This document shows, piece by piece, positions 7,404 through 17,107 of a stretch of 64,000 nucleotides of DNA. Under the pieces are notes generated by a model. It was not told where the DNA came from. It worked only from the letters and a program-made list of their open reading frames with translations, and did not search any database. The DNA comes from Patescibacteria group bacterium (GTDB taxonomy: Bacteria; Patescibacteriota; Minisyncoccia; Phycocordibacterales; Phycocordibacteraceae). Position 1 is the first letter of the stretch. Each line of letters begins with the position of its first letter. The DNA lies in NCBI GenBank assembly GCA_040384705.1, contig JAZKIU010000001.1, positions 542,053 through 606,052 of the forward strand, in the 5' to 3' direction. The position numbers and the translations under genes are program-made.

Positions 7404-9329
7404 ATGCTCATCGTCAAACGCTCACCGAGCAATCCGCTCATCATCCCGTCCCGCGCCCGCTCCTTCGAGGCGGTCGGTACCTGCAATCCGTCCGTGGTAC
7501 GTAAGGATGGCGTGACCCACCTGTTCTACCGCGCGTTCGCGGAGCCCGATGCGCTCCTTACCCCCGACCGAGGTTTCTCCACCATTGGCTATGCAAAGAG
7601 CAGGAGCGAGGATTCTTTCGATGAGCATGCGCAAGTCATCTCCCCCACCGAGGAGTGGGAGAAGTATGGGTGCGAGGACCCGCGAGCGACCTGTTTCGAA
7701 GGCAAATGGTACGTCTTCTATACCGCGCTCGGTGGCTACCCGTTCGGTCCCGACAATATCAAGGTTGCGGTCGCTATCGGCGACAGGCCTGAGGCGCTCA
7801 CCGAGAAGCATCTCATCACGCCCTTCAATGCCAAGGCAGCGACGCTCTTCCCGGAGCGCGTGAATGGCGAGGTCGTCCTTCTCCTCACCGCGCACACCGA
7901 CTTCACGGAAGCAAACCCACGCCCGACTATCGGTATCGCGCGCGCCAAGGAAGTCGCTGAGTTCTTCGACCCTGCGTTCTGGGATAGATGGCACAAGGAC
8001 ATCGCAGAACACGCCATACCTGACGTCAGGCGTGCTGACACCGAGCACATGGAGGTGGCGGCGACGCCAGTGCGCATCAAGGAGGGATGGCTCCTTGTCT
8101 ATTCCCACATCCAGGATTATTACGATGAACCGAACCGTATATTCGGCGTCGAAGCGCTCGTGCTCGATGCGAATGACCCGAGGAGAATACTGATGAAGAC
8201 CGCATACCCGTTCATGGTGCCGGAGGAATCCTATGAGCGGTACGGGCTCGTCACGAATGTCGTATTCCCTACCGGCGTCTGTATCGAGGGCGACACGCTC
8301 CACATCTACTACGGCGCAGCCGACACTTCCTGCGCTATGGCGTCCTTATCACTTCCGCACCTTCTCTCGACGATGAGCGAGGAATCGCGCGCCGCATTCA
8401 TGCAGCGACTACCGGAGAACCCGATCATGAGCCCTATCGAGGAGCATGGATGGGAGTCCCGTTCAGTATCGAATGCCGCTGCCATAGATCTCGACGGGTC
8501 GGTACACCTCGTATATCGCGCGATGGGGGCGGATAACACATCGGTTATGGGATATGCGCGTCTTGAAGACGGGTTGCATATAGATGAGCGTCTTGAGGAG
8601 CCCGTGTACGCACCGAGACATGAGTCGGAACAGAAGCAGGGCAAGCCCGATGGAAATTCCGGAACCGAAGACCCGCGCCTTACGCTCATCGATGGCGTGC
8701 TCACGCTCGCATACACCGCGTACGATGGCGTGCACGAGCCACGCGGTGCGATATCGACTATCAGTCCTGAGGATTTCGTCGCGAAGAACTTCAACTGGTC
8801 GCCTCCAGTCTTGGTGACACCAGCTCGGGTCGGCGATAAGGATGTGTGCATATTCCCTGAGCGTATCGATGGGAAGATAGTCGTCATCCATCGTATTGAT
8901 CCGGATATCTGTGTTGAGCGCTTTGATTCCCTCGAGCAGATGGAGACTATCGAGCGCTCGGTGGAGATAATGGGGCCCCGAAGCGGGATGTGGGATGACA
9001 TCAAGGTGGGTGCTGCGGGTCCCCCTATCAAAGTGAGCGAGGGGTGGCTGTTCATCTACCACGGCGTGGGGAGCGACAAGGTGTATCGCCTTGGTGCGAC
9101 GCTTCTGAGCGAGGACGCGAGTACCGTCATCGCACGCACCGTAGCTCCGATACTCGAGCCGGTGCCGGAATGGGAGCGCGTCGGCATGGTGAACAACGTG
9201 GTCTTCTCGTGCGGGGCCGTTGTGCGTGGCGATACCCTCATCATCTATTACGGTGGTGCGGATACAAGGATAGGCATCGCTACCCTCTCCGTGAAAGAAC
9301 TTATGAGCCGTCTCCTCCCTTCCCTATGA
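7404..9329 (+). CDS. Tandem double-domain GH130-family protein
   Basis: Two copies of the YRA / EDPR / VVF / YYG(A/G)AD motif set. Confidence 0.87.
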   Translation: MLIVKRSPSNPLIIPSRARSFEAVGTCNPSVVRKDGVTHLFYRAFAEPDALLTPDRGFSTIGYAKSRSEDSFDEHAQVISPTEEWEKYGCEDPRATCFEGKWYVFYTALGGYPFGPDNIKVAVAIGDRPEALTEKHLITPFNAKAATLFPERVNGEVVLLLTAHTDFTEANPRPTIGIARAKEVAEFFDPAFWDRWHKDIAEHAIPDVRRADTEHMEVAATPVRIKEGWLLVYSHIQDYYDEPNRIFGVEALVLDANDPRRILMKTAYPFMVPEESYERYGLVTNVVFPTGVCIEGDTLHIYYGAADTSCAMASLSLPHLLSTMSEESRAAFMQRLPENPIMSPIEEHGWESRSVSNAAAIDLDGSVHLVYRAMGADNTSVMGYARLEDGLHIDERLEEPVYAPRHESEQKQGKPDGNSGTEDPRLTLIDGVLTLAYTAYDGVHEPRGAISTISPEDFVAKNFNWSPPVLVTPARVGDKDVCIFPERIDGKIVVIHRIDPDICVERFDSLEQMETIERSVEIMGPRSGMWDDIKVGAAGPPIKVSEGWLFIYHGVGSDKVYRLGATLLSEDASTVIARTVAPILEPVPEWERVGMVNNVVFSCGAVVRGDTLIIYYGGADTRIGIATLSVKELMSRLLPSL

Positions 9330-10075
9330 TTCCTTCCGTCGTCATGTTCGATATAGATAAGACGCTTGCGAGAAGCAAGTCGGATATAGAGCCATTGATG
9401 AGCGAAGCGCTCGCGCGCCTCTTGATAGCGACGAAGGTCGGCATCATCTCGGGCGGCAAGCTCGAGCAGTTCATGAAGCAGGTGGTCGGCAAGCTTCCGC
9501 CTGGTACTCCCTTGTTCAACCTGTATCTGCTGCCAACTTCGGGCGGCGCGCTCTACGAATACCGCAGCGCATGGATGCCGATATACCAGGAACTGCTTGA
9601 GGCCGACGAGGTCGAGAGAATACAGGCAGCGATGGAGGAGGTCATCGATACGTGCAGCGTCATTGATCGCTCCCACCCGCCGTACGGCGACCGTATCGAG
9701 GTGCGTGGTCCGCAAGTGACGCTTTCGGCGCTCGGGCAGCAGGCGCCCGTTAAGGAGAAGGAAGCGTGGGACCCGGTGGGCACCAAGCGCGAGATACTGC
9801 GCGCAGCGCTTGCGAAGCGTCTTCCGGAGTTCGATGTGAAGCGCGGGGGATCTACCTCCATAGACGTCACGAAGCGAGGCGTGAACAAGGCGTTCGGGGT
9901 ACGGAAGCTTAGCGAGCACCTTTCAATCCCTGTAGGGACGATGCTCTATGTAGGCGATGCGCTCGCTCCGGGCGGTAACGACGAAGTAGTGAAGGAGACG
10001 GGCATTCCCACGCGCTCCGTGCTCGATCCTGACGAGACGCTTCTCGTGATCGAAGGACTTCTGAAGGGCGCCTGA
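9326..10075 (+). CDS. HAD-IIB hydrolase, phosphomannomutase-like
   Basis: DIDKTL, GGSTSIDVT, GDAL and GGND motifs. ATGA overlap with the upstream stop. Confidence 0.88.
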   Translation: MIPSVVMFDIDKTLARSKSDIEPLMSEALARLLIATKVGIISGGKLEQFMKQVVGKLPPGTPLFNLYLLPTSGGALYEYRSAWMPIYQELLEADEVERIQAAMEEVIDTCSVIDRSHPPYGDRIEVRGPQVTLSALGQQAPVKEKEAWDPVGTKREILRAALAKRLPEFDVKRGGSTSIDVTKRGVNKAFGVRKLSEHLSIPVGTMLYVGDALAPGGNDEVVKETGIPTRSVLDPDETLLVIEGLLKGA

Positions 10076-10101
10076 TACAATGCTCCCTTAACCTATCCCG
10101 C

Positions 10102-11091
10102 ATGCGCTATTTCCTCATTCCCACCGTCGTCTCTTCGCTCATCATGCTCGGCATCTTGCTGTGGCTCGGGCCCGTCGCGTTCGTGACCGCGCTTCTTCTT
10201 ACCGTGCTCGAGGTCACGCTTTCGTTCGATAACGCGGTGGTGAACGCCCGCGTGCTCATGCAGATGAGCGAGAAGTGGCAGCAGCGCTTCCTCACCTGGG
10301 GCATCCTCATCGCGGTCTTCGGCACCCGCCTCGTGCTTCCCATCCTCATCGTGAGCGTTTCGGTGTGGAGTTCGCCCTGGCTCGTCGCGCAGCTTGCGGC
10401 GTTCCATCCTGAGGAATACGGGCACCTGCTCGAGGGCGCCAAGCACGGCATCTATGCCTTCGGCGCTGCGTTCCTCCTCATGGTGTCGCTCAAGTACTTC
10501 TTCGACGAATCGAAGGAGGTGCACTGGATAGGTATCATCGAGAGGAACCTATCAAAGCTCGGACGTATCGAGGCGCTTGAGATAGGGGTCGCGCTGGTGA
10601 CGCTCGTGGGGCTTTCCTTTCTCGTCCCGAACGAGCAGGCCATCGTGCTCTCAGCCGGTATCATCGGCATCATCCTGTTCATATTCATGCAGGGACTCGC
10701 GAGCTCGTTCTCGGCGACCATGACTAATACTGCGGCGAGCGGGCTTGCGCTCTTCCTGTACCTGAACGTGCTCGACTCCGCGTTCTCGCTTGATAGCGTG
10801 GTGGGCGCGTTCGCGCTCTCGACCTCCATTCCTATCATCGTGGCAGGTCTTGGTATCGGTGCATGGTACGTCAGGAGCATGACCATCTACTTCGTGAAGA
10901 AGAATACGCTCGATACGCTCGTATACCTTGAGCATGGCGCGCACTGGGCGATCTTCGGTCTCGCGGCTTCCATGTTCGCAGGGCTTCTCTTCGAAGTTCC
11001 GGAGATAATCACGGGCGGTATCGGTCTCGCGTTCGTTGCAGCTGCGTACTACTCATCGCTGAGGCTTCGGAAGCATACGAAGACGGCATAG
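10102..11091 (+). CDS. DUF475 / TerC-like membrane protein
   Basis: LEVTLSFDNAVVNA, DSAFSLDSV and YLEHGAHWAI motifs. Confidence 0.88.
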   Translation: MRYFLIPTVVSSLIMLGILLWLGPVAFVTALLLTVLEVTLSFDNAVVNARVLMQMSEKWQQRFLTWGILIAVFGTRLVLPILIVSVSVWSSPWLVAQLAAFHPEEYGHLLEGAKHGIYAFGAAFLLMVSLKYFFDESKEVHWIGIIERNLSKLGRIEALEIGVALVTLVGLSFLVPNEQAIVLSAGIIGIILFIFMQGLASSFSATMTNTAASGLALFLYLNVLDSAFSLDSVVGAFALSTSIPIIVAGLGIGAWYVRSMTIYFVKKNTLDTLVYLEHGAHWAIFGLAASMFAGLLFEVPEIITGGIGLAFVAAAYYSSLRLRKHTKTA

Positions 11092-11194
11092 CCCTCGATT
11101 GTGAGGGCTTGACATATTTGAGTATATATGTATATAATACACCCGAATGTACGGGCGTCCTGCCCTTTGATTTGACTCCCGGAAGGAGAAAAAC

Positions 11195-11524
11195 ATGAAG
11201 CTTTTCGCTACCCTCGCGACCTGCCTGTCGCTCGCCGCTAGCCCGGCGTTTGCGCAGTCGACCAGCCCCGGCGCGTTCCCGCCGATGACGCCGTCCGCGG
11301 CGGTCATGGCCTCGCCGTGCGACAAATTGCTCACCTGGCGCCTGCAGCTCTACAGCGACGAGCTCGTGATCCGGGACTTGGAATCCCGGATGAAGCAGAC
11401 GCCCAATGTCTCCCAATCCATGTGGGACAGCCTGACCGAGATCAAGAAGAATATCATGGCGAGCAAGGCGAATCAGACCCAGCTCGAGAAGTACTGCGCG
11501 ATCGCTGCGCGCCTTCCGCGCTGA
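11195..11524 (+). CDS. Hypothetical secreted protein
   Basis: Signal peptide ending AFA, AGGAG SD, TTGACA (11109) and TATAAT (11133) promoter, terminator at about 11550-11611. Confidence 0.75.
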   Translation: MKLFATLATCLSLAASPAFAQSTSPGAFPPMTPSAAVMASPCDKLLTWRLQLYSDELVIRDLESRMKQTPNVSQSMWDSLTEIKKNIMASKANQTQLEKYCAIAARLPR

Positions 11525-11630
11525 TCCCTCACCTGCCTCGCCTTCATCTACCCCGTCGTCCGAATGCATTCGCACACAGCGAATCGCATTCGGACGACGG
11601 GGTTTTCATTTTGCACGCTATACTCTGCTC

Positions 11631-13286
11631 ATGGATATTACTGCGAGACTCGCAGGCGTGATGAAGGGCGACCTAGCCACCGACAGCGAGACGCTCGCGA
11701 AAATGTCGCGCGATACGAGCGTCTTCGAACGTACGCCGTCCTTGGTGGTGTACCCGAAGGATACGCAGGATGTCTCCGTACTCGTGAAGACTATCGCTAG
11801 TGCAAAAGCTGCAGGCGACGATGTGTCAGTCACCGCACGCTCAGCGGGCACCGATATGTCAGGCGGTCCCCTCACTGACTCTGTAGTCGCTGTGTTCACG
11901 AAATACATGAACAAGGTGCATGAGGTCGCTGACGGCTATGCAGTAGCCGAGCCAGGCGTCTACTACCGCGACTTTGAGCGCGAGACGCGCAAGGTGAATA
12001 ACCAGCTGCTTCCCTCGTATCCGGCTTCGCGCGAGCTCGCGGCGCTCGGCGGGATAGTGAACAACGACTCAGGCGGCGAGCGCACGCTCGAATACGGCAA
12101 GACCCATGACTATGTCGAGGAGCTCGAAGTGGTGCTTTCTGATGGCTCTATAACCACCCTCAAAGCACTTACACCCACCGAGCTCGATGGAAAGCGTGCG
12201 CTCCATGGTCTCGAGGGCGATATATACCGGAAGATGAGTGCGCTCATCATGGATAATCTTGATGCGATACGGGATGCGAAGCCGAAGGTCTCCAAGAACT
12301 CTGCTGGGTACGCGCTCTGGGACGTGCTCGATAGCAAGCACGGTACTTTCAATCTCGCGAAGCTCATCACGGGCGCGCAGGGCACGCTCGCGCTCACGAC
12401 CAAGATGAAGCTACGACTCGTGAAGGAGCAGGGGTATCGCGCCATGCTCGTCGTATTCCTGAAGGATATCGACCACCTTCCGGAGATAGTGCATAAGGTA
12501 CTTCCGTATAACCCGGAGTCGTTCGAGAGCTACGACGACCAGACATTCAAGCTCGCCATCAAGTTCCTTCCGCAGATGCTTTCGCAGATGGGGCTCATGC
12601 GTGCTATACGGCTCGGGTTCTCCTTCCTACCGGAGGTCGGCATGGCAGCACGGGGCGGTATACCGAAGCTCATACTCATGGCCGAGTTCTCCGAGGATAC
12701 GCACGAGGAAGCGCTCAAGAAAGCGAAGCAGGCGCAAGAAGCTATTTCCCATCTGGGGGTTGTATCGAGCATAAAGGAGGACGAGAAGGCCGCGGAGAAG
12801 TATTGGATAGTGCGCAGGGAGAGCTTCGCGCTCCTGCGGAAGAACTCGCACGGCCTCTACGCATCCCCATTCATCGACGACTTCGTGGTGCCGGTGGATT
12901 CATATCCAACGTTCATGCCAGAACTGAACGCGCTTCTCGCCGAATATAAGGATAAGTTCATCTATACCATCGCTGGCCACATCGGTAACGGTAATTTCCA
13001 TATTATTCCGCTCATGGATCTCACGAAGGAGGAATCGAGGAAGACTATCCTCGAGCTGTCGCCACGCGTCTATGAGCTCGTTATCAAGTACGGTGGCACG
13101 ACCACAGGAGAACACAACGATGGCATCATCCGCACGCCGTACCTCCCTATGCTCTTTGGCGAGAAAGTAGTGGCGCTCTTCGCAGAGACCAAGCGCATAT
13201 TCGATCCGAACAATATCTTCAATCCAGGCAAAAAGGTCGGTGGTACCTTCGAGGATATCGAGCGGTCGATACTTACGAGCCTCTAA
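11631..13286 (+). CDS. FAD-binding oxidoreductase (GlcD / D-lactate dehydrogenase family)
   Basis: ARSAGTDMSG, GAQGTL, GHIGNGNFH, GEHNDG and FDPNNIFNPGK motifs. Confidence 0.9.
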   Translation: MDITARLAGVMKGDLATDSETLAKMSRDTSVFERTPSLVVYPKDTQDVSVLVKTIASAKAAGDDVSVTARSAGTDMSGGPLTDSVVAVFTKYMNKVHEVADGYAVAEPGVYYRDFERETRKVNNQLLPSYPASRELAALGGIVNNDSGGERTLEYGKTHDYVEELEVVLSDGSITTLKALTPTELDGKRALHGLEGDIYRKMSALIMDNLDAIRDAKPKVSKNSAGYALWDVLDSKHGTFNLAKLITGAQGTLALTTKMKLRLVKEQGYRAMLVVFLKDIDHLPEIVHKVLPYNPESFESYDDQTFKLAIKFLPQMLSQMGLMRAIRLGFSFLPEVGMAARGGIPKLILMAEFSEDTHEEALKKAKQAQEAISHLGVVSSIKEDEKAAEKYWIVRRESFALLRKNSHGLYASPFIDDFVVPVDSYPTFMPELNALLAEYKDKFIYTIAGHIGNGNFHIIPLMDLTKEESRKTILELSPRVYELVIKYGGTTTGEHNDGIIRTPYLPMLFGEKVVALFAETKRIFDPNNIFNPGKKVGGTFEDIERSILTSL

Positions 13287-13309
13287 CTGCCTCGTGATAA
13301 AGTACGGAC

Positions 13310-14041
13310 ATGAGCGAAGAATTCCTGGCGCACGAGGCGCTCGTCCAACAATTGAACGACCCTGCGCAGCGTGCAGCGTACGCTAAGCCGTATGACGGAT
13401 ACAAGGTCGGCTGGGTAGCGTCCATGCTCGGCTGGCTGCTCGTCAGTTCGGGCACGCTCGTATACGGCAAGAAGCCATCCTATGCAAAATTCAAGGCAAT
13501 CGAGGTCATCGCCCGCATTCCTTACCAATCGTGGGAAGTCGCTACCTATACTCTCCTGACTGCGCTCTATAAGAACGAGAAGCGCGCCATCGAGCTCGCG
13601 AAGACAAGCACCTTCAGCCGCTTCGCCCAGGACAACGAAACAATGCACGTCGTCGTGCTCTCGCAGATGGTATGCAAGATGAAGGCGCAGCGGTTCTTCA
13701 AGCACACATTCATCCCGCTCCTGTTCGCCTTCTTCTACTTCTGGACCATCTATCTCCTCTATATCGTGTACCGAAAGGCGGCGCTCGAGCTGAACTACAT
13801 TTTCGAGAACCATGCGTACCATCAATACTCGGAATTCCTGGAGCTCTATGGCGAGGAGATGAAGCACCGCGTCTGTATGTACGAGTTCCTCTCCTTCTAC
13901 GGCCGCAATGTGGTCACTGAATACGAGTTCTTCGAGTCGGTCAGGAACGATGAGCTCATCCACCGCAATATGACTATTCGGGAGCTCGAAGCAAGGGGTA
14001 TAAGCTGCGTTCCTAAGGAAGGGGGCTCCATCGCATACTAA
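13310..14041 (+). CDS. Alternative oxidase / PTOX-like di-iron protein
   Basis: EVIARIPY, NETMH, ENHAYHQY and RNDELIHR give the E / ExxH / E / ExxH ligand pattern. Confidence 0.8.
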   Translation: MSEEFLAHEALVQQLNDPAQRAAYAKPYDGYKVGWVASMLGWLLVSSGTLVYGKKPSYAKFKAIEVIARIPYQSWEVATYTLLTALYKNEKRAIELAKTSTFSRFAQDNETMHVVVLSQMVCKMKAQRFFKHTFIPLLFAFFYFWTIYLLYIVYRKAALELNYIFENHAYHQYSEFLELYGEEMKHRVCMYEFLSFYGRNVVTEYEFFESVRNDELIHRNMTIRELEARGISCVPKEGGSIAY

Positions 14042-14186
14042 TCCCCATACGACGCTTCCTACCCTTGCGCTTCCATGAGGTTCGTAGCATAGTGGGAATA
14101 ACTCGCAGGTGAGCGAAGCTTCGCGTGGCGTATGCGCCCCTCCAAGTGTTCAGTATCGGCGAGGTTATACGTATTTTTCTAGCCAC

Positions 14187-14555
14187 ATGGCATCAAACAA
14201 GCTCTATGTCGGCGGTATCCCATACCGCACGACCGAGGATGAGCTTCGCACCGCTTTCGAGGAAGCAGGCGAGGTAACGTCCGTCAGCATTATCAGCGAT
14301 CGCATGACCGGCCGCTCGCGCGGATTCGGTTTCGTCGAGATGGTAGACGAGGCTCAGGCCCAGGCTGCTATCGACCGTTGGGACGGCAAGGAAATGGACG
14401 GGCGCATGCTCTCCGTTTCCATGGCGCGCCCGCAGGGTGATCGTCCTCCTCGCGAGGGCGGTGCAGGCGGTGCTCGTGGCGGCGGCTTCGGCGGTGGAAA
14501 CCGTGGAGGCTTCGGCGGCGGCAACGATCGCGGTGGCTACGGCGGAGGTTACTAA
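14187..14555 (+). CDS. RRM RNA-binding protein with Gly-rich tail
   Basis: RNP2 LYVGGI, RNP1 RGFGFVEM and RGG repeats. Confidence 0.93.
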   Translation: MASNKLYVGGIPYRTTEDELRTAFEEAGEVTSVSIISDRMTGRSRGFGFVEMVDEAQAQAAIDRWDGKEMDGRMLSVSMARPQGDRPPREGGAGGARGGGFGGGNRGGFGGGNDRGGYGGGY

Positions 14556-14613
14556 TCTCCCCTTACAGAAAAGGCCCGGACAATTTGTCCGGGCCTTTTC
14601 TTTTATCCTTTGC

Positions 14614-15072
14614 TTATCCGCACGTACCTCCCTTCCCGGTACCCGTTCCCTGTACCATCCGCTTCTTCGCTTCCGCGCTCCAGCCGACGAGGTTCGAGAT
14701 GAGCTGCAGGAACGAGCCGATAGCGGCAAGCGCGAGGATGAGAATGACCGGCCACGCGAACGGCGTCGCGAAGTACGCGAATACCACGACGAAGGAGAAC
14801 CAAAGGCCGACGCACCACGGGCAGGTCACGAGCGTGTTGAGCGTGCCGCGGAGCGATGAGGGAGACGCACCCGCGAACCAGTCACGTATGAAGTCAGTGA
14901 TGGCGTCATAGGTGAAGAGCCGGATCAGGCGCCATATGGCGAGCGCCATGAGGACAAAGTCCCCCATCGATACCTGGTGATTGAACCGCCCCGTTACGGC
15001 AAGCCAGGCGATGCCGAAGAAAAGAAGGATAGCGAAGAATACCGAGAACGTGATGTGCCAGAAGTGCTTCAT
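14614..15072 (-). CDS. DUF1360-like membrane protein
   Basis: WRLIRLFTYDAI and LVTCPWCVGLW motifs. Confidence 0.8.
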   Translation of the reverse strand: MKHFWHITFSVFFAILLFFGIAWLAVTGRFNHQVSMGDFVLMALAIWRLIRLFTYDAITDFIRDWFAGASPSSLRGTLNTLVTCPWCVGLWFSFVVVFAYFATPFAWPVILILALAAIGSFLQLISNLVGWSAEAKKRMVQGTGTGKGGTCG

Positions 15073-15129
15073 GACGCGATGATAGCATAACGGCCAGCGT
15101 ATGCTGGCCGTTATGCGCGTATAGATTGT

Positions 15130-15438
15130 TTATGCGGCCTGGCAATAGGTCGACGGGATGAAGTTCCCGCGACCTGGAAGCGTCAGAGGACGATTGCTTC
15201 CTTCCGGTGTATTCCCCTTTGACCACGAGATCGGAGATACCTTGCGCTCGTAGCGGATCTTAGGAGCGAGCGAGCGGCCGCAGATGACCGCATCGACGTC
15301 GAAGCACTTTTCGTCGAGCTCGCGACCCTCCTTGAACTCACGGAGGCAGGACGCGAGAATGACCCCTACGTCGCGCGACAACGCGTCGCGCACATAGGTA
15401 GGCTGAAGCTTTGCCCCTGGTGCCTTTTCGTTACTCAT
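15130..15438 (-). CDS. Hypothetical protein
   Basis: ORF preceded by TTGACA..CATAAT on the minus strand (15445-15472) and followed by a hairpin at 15085-15116. Confidence 0.55.
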   Translation of the reverse strand: MSNEKAPGAKLQPTYVRDALSRDVGVILASCLREFKEGRELDEKCFDVDAVICGRSLAPKIRYERKVSPISWSKGNTPEGSNRPLTLPGRGNFIPSTYCQAA

Positions 15439-15465
15439 AGTACTATTATGCACAATAGTCTATAT

Positions 15466-16221
15466 ATGTCAAGTACATCCGACCAGGATATCAGGGCACT
15501 CGTACGGGATAAGTACGACGGCGACGAAACCGTGGATATTCGGGGTGACGTAGCACGGCTCGAAGCCGGTGAGCCCCTCGCCTATGTCATCGGATGGATT
15601 CCCTTCCTTGGACTAAGTATCCATCTCGACAGCCGGCCGCTCATCCCCCGCCCGGAGACCGAGAGTTGGACGGAGGCACTCATCGAGAAACTCCAGAAGC
15701 GGTTCGGTGATAAGCCGTTCACCCTGCTCGACCTCTGCGCGGGCTCGGGCGCGATAGGACTTGTGGTGCTCGCTCGCTTCCCGAACGCGAAGGTGTCGTT
15801 CGGGGAGCTTGAGCTCGCGCATATCGACCTCATGAAGAAGAACATCGAGTCGAACGGGCTCGATGCGTCCCGCGCCATCATCCGTCGCGGCAATCTTCTC
15901 GCCCCGTTCGTAGGTGAACGCTTCGACTTCATCGTGACCAACCCGCCCTATATCCCGAGCGGTCGCGAATTAGATAATGCCGTTCTCGACTACGAACCCC
16001 CTATCGCCCTTTTCGCAGGAGAACGGGGACTCGACCTCATCGAACGCATCGCGCGCGAGGCTCCTCTTCACCTGAATGCAGGCGGCGAGCTCTGGATGGA
16101 ATGCGATATCGACAACATCGAGGATGCGCGGAATCTCGTGCTTGAGGGCGGCGCGATACGCGCCGACATACGCACCGATCAGTATGGCCGCCCCCGTACC
16201 CTCGTGGGATACTACGCGTAA
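15466..16221 (+). CDS. prmC: Release factor glutamine methyltransferase
   Basis: GEPLAYVIG, LIPRPETE, DLCAGSG and NPPY motifs. Confidence 0.92.
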   Translation: MSSTSDQDIRALVRDKYDGDETVDIRGDVARLEAGEPLAYVIGWIPFLGLSIHLDSRPLIPRPETESWTEALIEKLQKRFGDKPFTLLDLCAGSGAIGLVVLARFPNAKVSFGELELAHIDLMKKNIESNGLDASRAIIRRGNLLAPFVGERFDFIVTNPPYIPSGRELDNAVLDYEPPIALFAGERGLDLIERIAREAPLHLNAGGELWMECDIDNIEDARNLVLEGGAIRADIRTDQYGRPRTLVGYYA

Positions 16222-16225
16222 CACC

Positions 16226-16468
16226 ATGCAAGACGCTCAAGCGCCCGCATTCCAGCTCGGACCTGCCTTCGAGGTCATGGAACCCGCGAAGATAGTCTCC
16301 GTCATCGCGTGGGTGATGTTCGTGTTCTGGGCCCTCTACACGCTCATCGCGGCGTACCACTGGGTGCGGTACGGCCAGAACTCATCGGTCGCCATCCCGG
16401 CCATCATCACGCACATCATCATCTCGCTCTCCCTCGCACTCTTCGCCGTGTCGGGTTTTGCGCCGTAG
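16226..16468 (+). CDS. Small two-TM membrane protein
   Basis: Operonic spacing, host codon usage and YHWVRYG between hydrophobic helices. Confidence 0.7.
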   Translation: MQDAQAPAFQLGPAFEVMEPAKIVSVIAWVMFVFWALYTLIAAYHWVRYGQNSSVAIPAIITHIIISLSLALFAVSGFAP

Positions 16469-16471
16469 GTT

Positions 16472-17068
16472 ATGGAGGAATTCAAGCTAGAGCCCGGAGA
16501 GCACGTCATCCGTTCGGTACGGAAGCACTGGTTCGTCTTCTTCGCGCAGCTGCTTCCCTTCGCGCTGCTCGCGCTCCTGCCGCTCCTCATCCCTGGCTTC
16601 CTGCGCGGCCTCGCCGCGAGCGCTCCTGCCGCTGAAGCGTCGTTCGCCGCGCTCTCGCTCGCGAACGAATGGGCACGCCTCCTCCTCGGCGCCTGGTGGC
16701 TCTTCCTCTGGATGTTCGCGTTCAATACCTTCACCCAGTACTACCTCAACCGCTGGGTCATCACCGGCACGCGCATCGTCTATATCTATCAGTACGGTTT
16801 CTTCAGCCGCGAGGTCTCGAGCTTCCTCCTCGTACGCGTGCAGGACGTGACGACGGAGACGCATGGATTGTTCGCGACATTGCTCGGGTACGGCAACCTG
16901 GTCGTGCAGACCGCAAGCGAGAATTCCCAGCATTTCCGCATGACCGGCATCCCGCACCCCTCTGAGCTCCGCGACATCATCATGAAGCAGGTAGCGGACC
17001 TGCATGACGACGGCAAAGCCAACGACAGCAATCATGCGGTCCGCGATGTGATAAACGGGATTCTCTGA
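16472..17068 (+). CDS. Membrane protein with bacterial PH domain
   Basis: RKHW, WVITGTRIV, VQDVT and GYGNLVVQTAS motifs. Confidence 0.82.
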   Translation: MEEFKLEPGEHVIRSVRKHWFVFFAQLLPFALLALLPLLIPGFLRGLAASAPAAEASFAALSLANEWARLLLGAWWLFLWMFAFNTFTQYYLNRWVITGTRIVYIYQYGFFSREVSSFLLVRVQDVTTETHGLFATLLGYGNLVVQTASENSQHFRMTGIPHPSELRDIIMKQVADLHDDGKANDSNHAVRDVINGIL

Positions 17069-17107
17069 CCCTTAGAGGCCGGTGCCCAATCTGATACACT
17101 CATACGC

